A DNA stretch of 64,000 nt, from NCBI GenBank assembly GCA_934728355.1, contig CAKVEA010000001.1:412-64411 (forward strand), given 5' to 3'. Shown here in pieces: positions 46,686-57,473 of the stretch. The translations under genes and the position numbers were made by a program. Each line of letters begins with the position of its first letter. Within the stretch, counting starts at the first letter, position 1. This DNA is from an uncultured Eubacteriales bacterium. GTDB lineage: Bacteria; Bacillota; Clostridia; Oscillospirales; Acutalibacteraceae. Below the pieces are notes generated by a model. That model was not told where the DNA came from. It saw only the letters and a program-made list of their open reading frames with translations, and made no database searches.

Positions 46686-48137
46686 ATGAATTCAATCCAG
46701 CGAGATTTTCGCAGCTTGTCATTGGATACAAGTCTTTTCAGAAAAGTATATATAATGCTTATTTCTTTTGAGATGATAGCTTTTTTAGATGTCATCTCTC
46801 TTGTATGTAAATCCATTGTTCTAATATGGGGACTTTTCATACTTATACATAATTTTTTTATACAAAAAATAGCTTTCAAAATCCGTTATAAATATCTTTT
46901 ATGGTCATTTCTAATTTTAATGATTATAACTTCAGTTGTTCATATGTCGATATGGTTCATACCGAATTTAGTAATAACTTATTTTACAGCTATTTGTTTT
47001 TTCGTTTTTTATGGAATGTACAAAGAAAAAAATCATGAAGATTTAGAAAAAGAAATGGTTTTTATTTTAAAATTTTTTGTAAATTTCAGCCTTATTTTCG
47101 GAACACTCTCATTAATATCTTTGTTTTTAGGTCAAGATTCGTCATATTTAGGTTATTACCTTGGAATATTTAAAAATCGATTGATAGGTGTATATACAAA
47201 TTCAAATATTTTGGCTTTTTCTATGATTGAAGGAATTGTATCCTGCGATATTTTATCGGACTTATATATCAAAAATAAATTTAAATCAGATAAATTGCCT
47301 TCCTGGAAATTAATAGTTTGCCCTATTGTGAACTGTCTTTGTTTGTTTCTTTCAGATTCAAATGCTTCATTTGTATTTTTGATAATATACTGGACTATAC
47401 GGGTATTTTGCAATTTATTTTTCAAATGCCAATTTCAATATACAATAAAGCTTTTTAGAAGTATACTTATGACATTCGGATTTTGCTTATTAATGATGTC
47501 TGCTTCATTTGCACTTAGAGACTGTTGTCAAAATTTTATAAACATCGTTATCACTGACGTGTATAAATTAGAAAGTTCTTCTAGAAAATCAGAAGAAAAT
47601 TTAAAAGAAAGTTCTAAAAATAATACCAAAAACAACTCTGTTTCTTCTGAAAACACTTCTGATTTTCATATTGGTCGAGAACATTATGAAGTAAGTAGTG
47701 GAAGAATAACACTTTTTAAACAAGGATTAAAAATTTTTAAGCATCATCCATGGATAGGAATTGGAAGAGCAAATTTAAAAACATACGGAAAAAAATATAT
47801 AAAAGGTGGACTCATACATCCTGATCTTCACAACGGTTATCTCACAATTTTAGTTTCATGTGGAATAATAGGTTTTTTGATTTTCGCAGTATTTTCTTTT
47901 TTAGTTTCATTAGACATCTGCAAATATATTTTTATTTGTCTCGGTCAAAATAATTTTGGAGTTTTTTGCAAACTATTTTCAGCTTTGGTATCATACTGCG
48001 GATACTGTTTATTTGAAAAAGCAATTCTTTTTGATATGACATTCATGGTAGGATTTTTCTGGTCCATACTTGGTTACACTATATCATATATTCACAGTGT
48101 CGAAAGTTTAACTCCAAATAAATATTTAAAAACTTAA
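46686..48137 (+). CDS. O-antigen ligase/polymerase-like (Wzy_C) polytopic membrane protein
   Basis: 483 aa with at least 10 hydrophobic segments and a large loop with GIGRANLKTYG...HPDLHNGYL. AGGAGG lies upstream. Confidence 0.65.
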   Translation: MNSIQRDFRSLSLDTSLFRKVYIMLISFEMIAFLDVISLVCKSIVLIWGLFILIHNFFIQKIAFKIRYKYLLWSFLILMIITSVVHMSIWFIPNLVITYFTAICFFVFYGMYKEKNHEDLEKEMVFILKFFVNFSLIFGTLSLISLFLGQDSSYLGYYLGIFKNRLIGVYTNSNILAFSMIEGIVSCDILSDLYIKNKFKSDKLPSWKLIVCPIVNCLCLFLSDSNASFVFLIIYWTIRVFCNLFFKCQFQYTIKLFRSILMTFGFCLLMMSASFALRDCCQNFINIVITDVYKLESSSRKSEENLKESSKNNTKNNSVSSENTSDFHIGREHYEVSSGRITLFKQGLKIFKHHPWIGIGRANLKTYGKKYIKGGLIHPDLHNGYLTILVSCGIIGFLIFAVFSFLVSLDICKYIFICLGQNNFGVFCKLFSALVSYCGYCLFEKAILFDMTFMVGFFWSILGYTISYIHSVESLTPNKYLKT

Positions 48138-48163
48138 CTTAAAAAACAAGGAGTTTAAAATCT

Positions 48164-49015
48164 ATGATAAATATAGGATGTCATCTTTCTTCCTCTAAAG
48201 GATTTACAACTATGGCTGAAAACTGCAATAAAATAAATGCTACAGCTTTTCAATATTTTACAAGAAACCCTCGAGGCGGAAAACAGAAAAAAATAAACCC
48301 AACGGATATTAAAAAGTTTTTTGAAATGAAAAAATCATTAAATTATTCTGTAGTTGCTCATGCACCTTATACAATGAATTTATGTTCACATTCCGAAGAT
48401 ATAAGAAACTACTCCGTACATCTACTAAAAGAGGATATAAAAATATGCGAAAACATACCCGGTACGTACTACAATTTTCACCCGGGAAGTCACACCGGCC
48501 AAGGAATAGAAAAAGGAATAAATCAAATATCAACGGCTTTGAATGAGGTTCTGAAAGAAAATCAAAACACCATAATTTTACTCGAAACAATGACAGGAAA
48601 AGGAACTGAAATCGGCGGAAAATTTGAAGATATAGCAAAAATCATAAATAACATAGAAATAAAAGAAAAAATAGGAGTTTGTTTTGATACTTGTCATGTT
48701 TTCGATGCAGGGTACGATATTATAAACAATTTGGAAAACGTTTTAGAAAATTTTGATAAGGTTATAGGAATTTCCAAATTAAAAGTAGTCCATCTAAACG
48801 ACAGCAAAAATATTTTAGGTAGCAAAAAAGATAGACATGAGCAACTCGGGAAAGGAAACATCGGGCTTAAAGCTATAAAAAATATAATTAATAACAAGTA
48901 TTTAAAAGATTTGATTTTCATTTTAGAAACTCCTCAAGAAAATTTAGAAGGATATGCAAAAGAAATATCATTAATTAAATCTTGCTACGAAAGCAGTTTG
49001 AATTATGAAAAATAA
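48164..49015 (+). CDS. nfo: Deoxyribonuclease IV (endonuclease IV)
   Basis: 283 aa. HAPY, NFHPGSH, CFDTCH and HLNDSK...KDRHE. Confidence 0.9.
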   Translation: MINIGCHLSSSKGFTTMAENCNKINATAFQYFTRNPRGGKQKKINPTDIKKFFEMKKSLNYSVVAHAPYTMNLCSHSEDIRNYSVHLLKEDIKICENIPGTYYNFHPGSHTGQGIEKGINQISTALNEVLKENQNTIILLETMTGKGTEIGGKFEDIAKIINNIEIKEKIGVCFDTCHVFDAGYDIINNLENVLENFDKVIGISKLKVVHLNDSKNILGSKKDRHEQLGKGNIGLKAIKNIINNKYLKDLIFILETPQENLEGYAKEISLIKSCYESSLNYEK

Positions 49016-52000
49016 AGAAATTACAGAAATAAAATACAAAGGAGGAGAATTAAGCGAAGCAATTATTACTTTGCTTGATCCTTTTTTCGAAAAATTATCT
49101 AATAACGGCATAAAAAATACTGTAAAAGAATTTGCCCCGGATATAGATTTAGATGATTTTGTTTTAAAAAAAATAAAAACTCAACTTTCAAAGCAAAGAG
49201 TTATAGAACTTAATAATATATATCTCGACAAAGTTTATATACAATACAGATTCAGCGGCATTCAAATAGAGCCCTCCGGAATAATGAGATTTGCCGTTAA
49301 AAAAATAACTATAACTGATAATCAAATACTAAAATCATTTGAAAGTATATTAAAACAAATAGAAGAAAAATATATTCTAAATAGAGAATATATTTTGCGT
49401 AAAATAGATGAAATAGTTGTAAGTCTTTCAAGCATGGAAATATACAAACCAAAAAATTCAAGAGAAAAAACTCTATATGATTTAGCTATGCTTATTTTGC
49501 TTAACTATTATGAATCAAATAAAAATTCATCGCTTCCAAAATGGATAAACAGTGCAATCAAAAATGTAAGTAAAGGTAAATTTTTAAACTCCTGGATAAA
49601 AATTTTAATAGAATATATTTCCGAAGTTATAGCAGATGTCAGTGAAAATATATTTTTCAATTTCAAGGTTACTTTTGACTCTCTAATGGTAAGAATCATA
49701 TTAGATAAAAAAACAAATAACGGTCAAATTTCAAAATTACTTAAAATACTTAATATAGATGTCCGAAAAATAATTTATAATTTTGCAAAAAGTTATATAA
49801 GTCCAAGCTTTATAAAAGGTATCGGAGAAATTCTTGCAGATGTTTCCAGTTATTTTTTGAGTACAGTGGAAAATAAAAAGATTATTTATGACGAAGCCAG
49901 TCCGGATCCTTTTAACATAACTGTTTCTGCCGGTAAAAATTTTAATACGGAAAGAGCTTTCAGATGGTACACTTCCTCAAAAATAAAAAATTATTTTCTT
50001 TATTACTCTCAAGATAAAGAATTTAAAAACTTTAAAAGAATAAAATCTGTTTGTGAAGAAGTACCCAAAACCTTTCCTTTCATAAATCTGGGATTAATAT
50101 CTGGATATAAAATATCTAAAATAAATAAACATTCTGCATGCATAGAAAATTTAAATCCCGGAAAGCTTTATTACAAAATATGTACCGAAGATAAAACAGA
50201 TTCGCCAATTTATACTTTAGATATTAAAGATCCCAATAATCACACAGCAAATTTCATAATATTTGCAGATTCACAAGGGATGATAAAACAAGACTACGAA
50301 ACATTTTTAAAAGCAGCAAATACAAGTCTTTCGAAGAACAAACCTGACTTTATAGTACATTTAGGGGATTTTGTAGACGACGGAAATAATGAAGAATACT
50401 GGAAATGGGTTTTAGATTCTAAGTTTTGGAAAGAAAATGTATGTATCCCACTCGCAGGAAATCATGAATCACACCGCAATGCTTTAGCAGTTCGTGAGGG
50501 AGTAGAAAACTCTGTTTACAGTCATTTTAATGTTCAAAATTTACCTTCCCAAGACACATCTAAAGGTATTTATTATTCTTTCGAATATAAAGATGCAACA
50601 TTTGTTGTGTTAAATACAAATACTTCCGAGTCTGGGATTGACGAAATACAGTATCAGTATGCATTAGATATTTTTAGAAAATCTAAAAGCAAATGGAAAA
50701 TACTCTTTACCCATAAAAGTCCTTATTCAAACGGCCCTCATTGCAAAGACCCTGATGTAAAAAATATAGGAAATCAAATAAAAGAACTTGCTTACCAAGG
50801 AAATGTAGATTTAGTTTTCGGAGGTCACGATCACGTTTATGTAAGAACAAAAATTTTATCTTATGAAAAAAATGCAGGATGCGAAGAAGTAATAAAATCA
50901 AAAGAAGAAACTATATTCTTGAATCCTTTCGGAACAATATTTATAGTACCCGGGACAACAGGAGTTAAAAATTATAAACAAAACCTAAAGATTTCTATTC
51001 CTGCCGAAAAAGTCGAAAATCCAAAGGGCCAAGTATATTCAGAAGTAAGTTTTTCTTCATCTGATCTCAAATTCAAATCATATTCGGTAAATACAAATAC
51101 TCAAAAAATCGAGCTAATTGATTCCTTTTCAATTAGGAAAAAAAATCGGAATACTGACAGTCGCTATGTTTCTAAACTAATGAACAGTGTTTCAAATGTT
51201 CCTTGGATAGATGATACTGAAAAAATAAATAAAATTCTAAATGATTACAAATCTCTAAGATATCAAGAAAAAATAAAAATTAAAAATTCTGATAAGTTCT
51301 TTAGAAATCTTAAAATAAAAGAAAAGTACCTTAAAATAACTACAAGTCAAATCTGTAGAGTAAAAACAAAAAAAGAATTTATTGCAGCACTTGAAAATCA
51401 AAAAATCGGAACTATAATAACAGAATGCGAAGAAATAAAATTCAGCGAAAATATTTTCGGAAAAAGTCAAATAGTAATAAACAGACCCCTTTGTATAAGA
51501 GGCTGTGCAAAGATTTCAAATATAAATTTTGTTTTGGAAAAATATTCATTACTTCTAATCTCAGATAGCATTTGCATAGACAACACTAGGAAGTTTCTCT
51601 CTTTTTGCAAATCAAAAAGCATATTCGAGCTTCTAGACAATTCTTGCTTAATTATAAATAACAATGCTTCTGTTAATTCTTCTTTTGGAATGAAACCAAA
51701 AGAAAAAGGAATTAAAATTTCGGGAGAAAATTGCACATTATATTTAAACAGTTCAAGCTGTAATTTTGTTCAAAACGGATTTATAGAATCCTTGTCCCCA
51801 TCTTCAAAAATAATTATAAATTCCGGTAAATATCTTTCTTCAAAAGAAACCATTTTAGCAAATTGTAATCTCGAAGTGAATGGCGGATTTATAAATAGTA
51901 TAAAAGGTTTAGAAAAATCTAAAATAAAAATAAGCGGTGGTATAATAGGTAAAAAAAATCCACAAAAAAATGATTATCTCCCAATAGAAACAAAAGGAAA

Positions 52001-52136
52001 ATTAATTTTAAATTCTGGAACAATAAGATCTTGCGGGAATGTTTCGGTTTCAATCAGCGAAGAAAAAAATTTAATAGTGAAAAATGAAAACAAGTTAATA
52101 AAAGTTGATATTGAAGGAAAAATTATATATAATTAA
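49005..52136 (+). CDS. Large multidomain protein with a central purple-acid-phosphatase-like metallophosphoesterase domain
   Basis: 1043 aa. PAP N-terminal-like strand pattern (RAFRWYTS...LNPGKLYYKI), then FADSQG, LGDFVDDGNN, AGNHES and GGHDHVY. The N-terminal (about 300 aa) and C-terminal (about 330 aa) regions are unassigned. Confidence 0.7.
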   Translation: MKNKEITEIKYKGGELSEAIITLLDPFFEKLSNNGIKNTVKEFAPDIDLDDFVLKKIKTQLSKQRVIELNNIYLDKVYIQYRFSGIQIEPSGIMRFAVKKITITDNQILKSFESILKQIEEKYILNREYILRKIDEIVVSLSSMEIYKPKNSREKTLYDLAMLILLNYYESNKNSSLPKWINSAIKNVSKGKFLNSWIKILIEYISEVIADVSENIFFNFKVTFDSLMVRIILDKKTNNGQISKLLKILNIDVRKIIYNFAKSYISPSFIKGIGEILADVSSYFLSTVENKKIIYDEASPDPFNITVSAGKNFNTERAFRWYTSSKIKNYFLYYSQDKEFKNFKRIKSVCEEVPKTFPFINLGLISGYKISKINKHSACIENLNPGKLYYKICTEDKTDSPIYTLDIKDPNNHTANFIIFADSQGMIKQDYETFLKAANTSLSKNKPDFIVHLGDFVDDGNNEEYWKWVLDSKFWKENVCIPLAGNHESHRNALAVREGVENSVYSHFNVQNLPSQDTSKGIYYSFEYKDATFVVLNTNTSESGIDEIQYQYALDIFRKSKSKWKILFTHKSPYSNGPHCKDPDVKNIGNQIKELAYQGNVDLVFGGHDHVYVRTKILSYEKNAGCEEVIKSKEETIFLNPFGTIFIVPGTTGVKNYKQNLKISIPAEKVENPKGQVYSEVSFSSSDLKFKSYSVNTNTQKIELIDSFSIRKKNRNTDSRYVSKLMNSVSNVPWIDDTEKINKILNDYKSLRYQEKIKIKNSDKFFRNLKIKEKYLKITTSQICRVKTKKEFIAALENQKIGTIITECEEIKFSENIFGKSQIVINRPLCIRGCAKISNINFVLEKYSLLLISDSICIDNTRKFLSFCKSKSIFELLDNSCLIINNNASVNSSFGMKPKEKGIKISGENCTLYLNSSSCNFVQNGFIESLSPSSKIIINSGKYLSSKETILANCNLEVNGGFINSIKGLEKSKIKISGGIIGKKNPQKNDYLPIETKGKLILNSGTIRSCGNVSVSISEEKNLIVKNENKLIKVDIEGKIIYN

Positions 52137-52175
52137 TGAAAGCTTATAATTAAAAGTTCTACACTAGGAGGAAAA

Positions 52176-53111
52176 ATGTTTAAAGAATACAAACATTTAA
52201 ATATAAGAGACAGAAGAAGACTAGAATTCTTCAAAAAATCAAGAAACTTTACAAAAAAAATTTTAAAATTAATTTTACCATCAATAGGAATAATTTTACT
52301 ATTCATAATAGGGATGTTTTCATTTTACAAATTCCTCGATGAAACTAATTCGTCTAATAAGTTTAAAAATTTTTCAAATAAAATAAATTCTAAATTTAAA
52401 GTTCAAAATGAAAATTCGGATTTAGATGAATTGGGCAAAAAAGAAATAGATAGAGAAGCCGAAAAAGAGTCTTCTATATCCAATTCTTCCAAAAAAGAAG
52501 ATTACGAATTTGAAACAAATCCATATGATTTCTCTGAATGGAACAAAAATGCTCCTGAAGAATTAATGGTAGTAAATTTCAAAAATTCTATTTCTGAAGA
52601 CTATAAAATAAAAACAAAAAATTGTCGGGGAAAAGAAATTAATACTATTGCATGCCAAGATTTAGAACAAATGATAGCAGATGCTCAAAAAGACGGCGCT
52701 CGTCTTTGGATATCTTCGGGTTACAGAGATATAAAACGTCAAACAATGCTTTTCAAAAGACAAGTCGAAAGAGAACTTTCAAAAGAAGTAATAAGTCAGG
52801 AAGAAGCTGAGCTTCGAGCATCTAAAATAGTTGCAAAACCATGCACGAGTGAGCATAACACAGGGCTTGCAGTGGATTTTGACGGCGTATGTGGTGATTT
52901 TTATAAAACAAAAGAATATAAATGGTTAATGGATAATGCTGATAAGTATGGCTTTATAGAAAGATATCAAGAAAAATGGAAAGAATTGACCGGTATTATA
53001 TATGAACCTTGGCATTTCAGATATGTTGGAAAAGAAGAAGCACCAAAAATTAAAGAAAGCGGAATTTGTCTTGAAGAATATATAAAAAATAAAATAGGAG
53101 GAAAAATATGA
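52176..53111 (+). CDS. VanY/M15B family D-alanyl-D-alanine carboxypeptidase, membrane-anchored
   Basis: 311 aa. TM segment, SGYRDIKRQ, SEHNTGLAVDF and EPWHFRYVG. Confidence 0.85.
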   Translation: MFKEYKHLNIRDRRRLEFFKKSRNFTKKILKLILPSIGIILLFIIGMFSFYKFLDETNSSNKFKNFSNKINSKFKVQNENSDLDELGKKEIDREAEKESSISNSSKKEDYEFETNPYDFSEWNKNAPEELMVVNFKNSISEDYKIKTKNCRGKEINTIACQDLEQMIADAQKDGARLWISSGYRDIKRQTMLFKRQVERELSKEVISQEEAELRASKIVAKPCTSEHNTGLAVDFDGVCGDFYKTKEYKWLMDNADKYGFIERYQEKWKELTGIIYEPWHFRYVGKEEAPKIKESGICLEEYIKNKIGGKI

Positions 53112-54550
53112 ATTCAACAGTAAGAACAAGATTTGCACCCAGTCCCACAGGATATATGCATATAGGAAATTTAAGGACCGCTCTTTATGAGTACCTTATA
53201 GCAAAATCGCAAAACGGAAAATTCATCTTAAGAATAGAAGATACTGACCGTTCGAGATTCGTTGAAGGAGCAGAAGAAGTTATATACAGAACACTTAAAA
53301 AAGTCGGTCTTAATCATGATGAAGGACCGGATATCGGCGGTGATTATGGTCCTTATAAGCAAAGTGAAAGAAAAAATAATTATTTAAAATACGCAGAAAA
53401 ACTTGTCTCTGAAGGAAAAGCTTATTATTGCTTTTGTGAAAAAAATGAAGAAGAATCTCAAATTTCAGGGCATAGTGATAAGTGTAGAAGCATACCTTAT
53501 GAAGAAGCAAAAAAACTGATTTCAGAAGGTAAAAAATATGTTATAAGACAAAAAATGCCCAAAGAAGGAACTACATCTTTTGAAGATATGGTTTTCGGTA
53601 AAGTGACAGTTGAAAATAAAGAACTGGAAGACCAAATTCTTATAAAAAGCGACGGATTTCCTACTTATAATTTTGCCAATGTTATAGACGACTATGAAAT
53701 GAAAATAACTCATGTTGTGAGAGGAAGTGAGTATCTTTCATCGACTCCAAAATACAACATCCTCTATGAAGATTTCGGTTGGGAAATACCAAAATATATT
53801 CATCTTCCATTAATAATGGGGAAAAATGAAGACGGTACAACATCTAAACTTTCTAAAAGGCACGGAGCGGTAAGCTTTGAAGATCTTCTTAACCTAGGAT
53901 ATCTTCCTCAAGCGATAATAAACTACATAGCTTTTCTTGGTTGGTGCCCTGAAAGCAATGAGGAAATATTTTCTCTAGAAAAGTTGGAAAAAGAATTTTC
54001 AATAAACAGAATAAGTAAATCTCCTTCGATTTTTGATTACAAAAAACTTGATTGGTTTAACTCAGAATATATGAAAAATATGTCTGATGAAGAATTTTTA
54101 AACTTATCTATACCATATATAGAAAAATCCATAAGTAAGGAATTTATAGATAAAAAATTAATTTCAAGTTTACTCAAAAGCCGTATTTCAACCTTGAATC
54201 AAATCCCGGAAATGATAGAATTTTTAGAAAATATTCCATCGTATGAAATTGAATTATTTCAAAATAAAAAAAGTAAAAGCACATTAGAAAGTTCTCTTGA
54301 AATACTTAAAATAATAAAAGAAAAACTAAATTCTATTCCTTCTTGGGATTATCAAACAATTCACGACATTTTAATAAATACCGCTACTGAATTAGAAATT
54401 AAAAACGCAACTTTAATGTGGCCTGTTAGAATAGCGATTTCAGGAAAAACCGTAACTCCAGGAGGAGCCGTGGAAATACTTGAAATTCTCGGAAAAAATG
54501 AATCTATAAACAGAATTGAAAATGCAATAAACATGCTTTGTAAAGAATAA
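53108..54550 (+). CDS. gltX: Glutamate-tRNA ligase
   Basis: 480 aa. HIGNLRTALY and KLSKRHG. ATGA overlap with the vanY-like stop. Confidence 0.95.
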   Translation: MNSTVRTRFAPSPTGYMHIGNLRTALYEYLIAKSQNGKFILRIEDTDRSRFVEGAEEVIYRTLKKVGLNHDEGPDIGGDYGPYKQSERKNNYLKYAEKLVSEGKAYYCFCEKNEEESQISGHSDKCRSIPYEEAKKLISEGKKYVIRQKMPKEGTTSFEDMVFGKVTVENKELEDQILIKSDGFPTYNFANVIDDYEMKITHVVRGSEYLSSTPKYNILYEDFGWEIPKYIHLPLIMGKNEDGTTSKLSKRHGAVSFEDLLNLGYLPQAIINYIAFLGWCPESNEEIFSLEKLEKEFSINRISKSPSIFDYKKLDWFNSEYMKNMSDEEFLNLSIPYIEKSISKEFIDKKLISSLLKSRISTLNQIPEMIEFLENIPSYEIELFQNKKSKSTLESSLEILKIIKEKLNSIPSWDYQTIHDILINTATELEIKNATLMWPVRIAISGKTVTPGGAVEILEILGKNESINRIENAINMLCKE

Positions 54551-54574
54551 TTTTTAAGGAAAGAGTGAATTCAA

Positions 54575-56254
54575 ATGGATTGCTTAGAAAACAGCAACGA
54601 AAAAATGGGAAATTTTATATTTGAAACAATAAAAAAAGATATTTCTGAATCGGGTAGATACGAAGGACAAAAAGTGCATACAAGATTTCCTCCCGAGCCA
54701 AACGGATATCTTCACATAGGTCACGCAAAAGCAATTTGCATAAATTTCGGTGCAGCAACAACTTTTAACGGTATTTGCAATCTAAGAATGGATGATACAA
54801 ACCCATCAAAAGAAGATACTAAATATGTAGAATCTATAAAAAAAGATATAAAATGGCTTGGGTTTGATTGGGAAGACAGATTCTATTATGCTTCCGATTA
54901 TTTTAATGAAATGTTTGAAAATGCTTGCCGTTTGATAGACAAAGGACTTGCATATGTATGTGAACTAACTGCAGAAGAGGTTAAGTTAAACAGAGGAGAT
55001 GCCTCTACACCCGCTAAAAGTCCTTACAGGGACAGACCTATTTCAGAAAGTAAAGAGCTTTTTATAAAAATGAAAAATGGAGAATTTCCTGACGGATCTA
55101 TGACCTTAAGAGCTAAAATAGATTTAAGTTCCGGTAATTTCAATATGCGTGATCCTGTTTTATATCGCATAAATCATTCATATCACCATAAAACCGAAAA
55201 TAAGTGGTGCATTTACCCTATGTACGATTATGCTCATCCAATTGAAGATGCTATGGAAGGAATCACACATTCTCTTTGCTCTCTTGAATTTGAAGATCAT
55301 CGTCCTCTCTATGAATGGGTTGTAAACAATATGGAAATAAATCAAAAACCTCGACAAATTGAATTTGCAAGGTTAAACTTGACAAATACAGTTATGAGTA
55401 AAAGAAAACTAAGAAAACTTGTGGAAGAAAATTATGTCGACGGTTGGGACGATCCCAGACTCCCTACTTTGAGTGGTCTTAGAAGAAGAGGTTATACTCC
55501 CGATTCAATAAGAAATTTCTGCGAAAAAATAGGAGTTTCCAAAGTAAACAGTACAGTAGAATACTCATTTTTGGAACACTGTTTACGTGAGGATTTAAAT
55601 TTAAAAGCAAAAAGAGTAATGGCTGTTTTAAATCCCGTGAAATTAATAATCACAAATTATCCAGAAAACAAAGAAGAATATTTTACAGTTGAAAATAACC
55701 CAAATGATGAATCATCCGGGTCACGAAAAGTCAGATTTTCAAGAGAAGTTTATATAAACTCAGATGATTTCATGGAAACACCTATAAAAGGATATTTCCG
55801 TATGTTCCCTGAAAATGAAGTTCGTTTAAAATCGGCATATGTTGCTAAATGCACAGGTTGTAAAAAAGATGAAAACGGAAAAGTTATTGAAATATATGCA
55901 ACATATGACCCTGAATCTTCAGGAGGAAACCCAAAAGACGGTAGAAAAGTTAAAGGAACTATTCAATGGGTAGATGTTTCTTCTTCAGTTGATATATCGG
56001 TAAACATGTATGAAAATCTATTTACATGCGAAAATCCAGAGGAAGGTAATGACTTCACATTAAATATTAATAAAGATTCCCTTATTACACTCAAAAATTG
56101 TAAGGCTGAAAAAGCTATTGAATCTGCTAAAGTAGGTGAAAGTTATCAATTTATGAGAATAGGATACTTCACTCCAGACTGCAATAATTTTTCAAAAGAA
56201 AACTTAGTATTCAACAGAAGTGTAAGTCTTAAAGACAGTTTTAAAAAGAAATAG
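54575..56254 (+). CDS. glnS: Glutamine-tRNA ligase
   Basis: 559 aa. [14 protein letters not shown] and VMSKRKL. Confidence 0.95.
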   Translation: MDCLENSNEKMGNFIFETIKKDISESGRYEGQKVHTRFPPEPNGYLHIGHAKAICINFGAATTFNGICNLRMDDTNPSKEDTKYVESIKKDIKWLGFDWEDRFYYASDYFNEMFENACRLIDKGLAYVCELTAEEVKLNRGDASTPAKSPYRDRPISESKELFIKMKNGEFPDGSMTLRAKIDLSSGNFNMRDPVLYRINHSYHHKTENKWCIYPMYDYAHPIEDAMEGITHSLCSLEFEDHRPLYEWVVNNMEINQKPRQIEFARLNLTNTVMSKRKLRKLVEENYVDGWDDPRLPTLSGLRRRGYTPDSIRNFCEKIGVSKVNSTVEYSFLEHCLREDLNLKAKRVMAVLNPVKLIITNYPENKEEYFTVENNPNDESSGSRKVRFSREVYINSDDFMETPIKGYFRMFPENEVRLKSAYVAKCTGCKKDENGKVIEIYATYDPESSGGNPKDGRKVKGTIQWVDVSSSVDISVNMYENLFTCENPEEGNDFTLNINKDSLITLKNCKAEKAIESAKVGESYQFMRIGYFTPDCNNFSKENLVFNRSVSLKDSFKKK

Positions 56255-56345
56255 CAAATAATGTTGACTTGCATTCGGACATTGTGATAATATCTTGATG
56301 TATATAATCATGTTTAATTTAAATAATATTTGGAGGGGTAAAATA

Positions 56346-57350
56346 ATGTTTGGGTTTAAAAGATCTAAAAAAGCAACCATTTTAGCCGGTCTAATATTGT
56401 GTTCATCTTCAATTTGTAAAGTAAATGCTGACTTTTCAAGTGATTATCCGAAAAATATAAATGAGCCAAGTCAGTACACAAAAGAATCCGATTTTGAAAT
56501 AACTGCCGACGGCACTCTTAAAAATTATAAAGGTCATGAAAAAAGAGTAGTTGTTCCAAATTCTGTTAAACAAATAACTTTTGGTACCTTTATGAATAAA
56601 TCCGAAATTGAAGAGATAGTTTTACCTAATTCGCTGGAAAAAATAGACGAATATGCTTTTTATTCCTGCACATCTATGGAAAAGATAAACATTCCAAATA
56701 GTGTTAAACATATTGGCAGACTTGCTTTTGGAAATTGTACCAAATTAAAAAAAGCTACTATCGGTAAAAGTCTGGAACACATCGAAGAATTTATTTTTTG
56801 GGGATGCGATTCTCTTGAAAATATATCTATTTCAAGTGAAAACAAAAAATTCGCATCTCTTAACGGATTACTCTACAACAAAGATTATTCAAATTTAGAA
56901 ATTTGTCCTACAGGATTAAAGGGTATGGTATCTATTTCTGAAAAAACTAAAAATATTTCGAACTATGCATTCTTTAATTGTAAGGGGATAAAAGAAATAC
57001 AAAGACCGGGAAGTGAGCCGATTTCAATTGAAGAAGCTGCATTTTATGGTTGTGAGAGCCTGAATACTATCGGGTTTACTGATTTCATTGAAAGTATAGA
57101 ATCATGTGCTTTTGCAAAATGCACATCTATTCAAAAATTTACAATAGGAAAAAATATGAAAAGCCTAGGTAGTTCAGCATTTTTAGGATGTAAATCTTTA
57201 AAAACAGTAATTAGTTTAGCTGAGAATTTCAAAATTGGACATAATATTTTTAATTCATGTCCTCAAATAATAACTGTTTCCGCATCTAAAAACTCAAGTA
57301 TGGGAAAATATGTTTCAAAGCATCCTGAAAAACTTGTGTTGGTAGTTTAA
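56346..57350 (+). CDS. Secreted leucine-rich-repeat (BspA-type LRR) protein
   Basis: Start set at MFGFKRSKK (ATG 56346) after GGAGGGG. Signal peptide ...SSSICKVNA. Repeated I(P/G)xSVxxIgxxAFxxCxxL units. Confidence 0.75.
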   Translation: MFGFKRSKKATILAGLILCSSSICKVNADFSSDYPKNINEPSQYTKESDFEITADGTLKNYKGHEKRVVVPNSVKQITFGTFMNKSEIEEIVLPNSLEKIDEYAFYSCTSMEKINIPNSVKHIGRLAFGNCTKLKKATIGKSLEHIEEFIFWGCDSLENISISSENKKFASLNGLLYNKDYSNLEICPTGLKGMVSISEKTKNISNYAFFNCKGIKEIQRPGSEPISIEEAAFYGCESLNTIGFTDFIESIESCAFAKCTSIQKFTIGKNMKSLGSSAFLGCKSLKTVISLAENFKIGHNIFNSCPQIITVSASKNSSMGKYVSKHPEKLVLVV

Positions 57351-57368
57351 ATAAAAAAATATATTTTG

Positions 57369-57402
57369 TCCGCGAGAATCAAGAGATTCTTGCGGATTTT
57401 TT
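57369..57402 (+). terminator. Rho-independent terminator ending the 44.7-57.4 kb co-directional gene string
   Basis: tccgcgagaatc-aaga-gattcttgcgga forms a 12-bp stem with one G-U pair, followed by tttttt. Confidence 0.8.
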
Positions 57403-57473
57403 AGTATAAATTTGCACTTACCAGGAAAAAATAAAAGCTAAGAGTTATACATTGTTCAAGGAAGGGAAATTAA

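Noticed and set aside
46637-46879. 80-aa minus-strand ORF overlapping the start of the Wzy_C gene
   Set aside because: The + strand gene has AGGAGG plus ATG and a coherent polytopic product. The antisense ORF has no signals.
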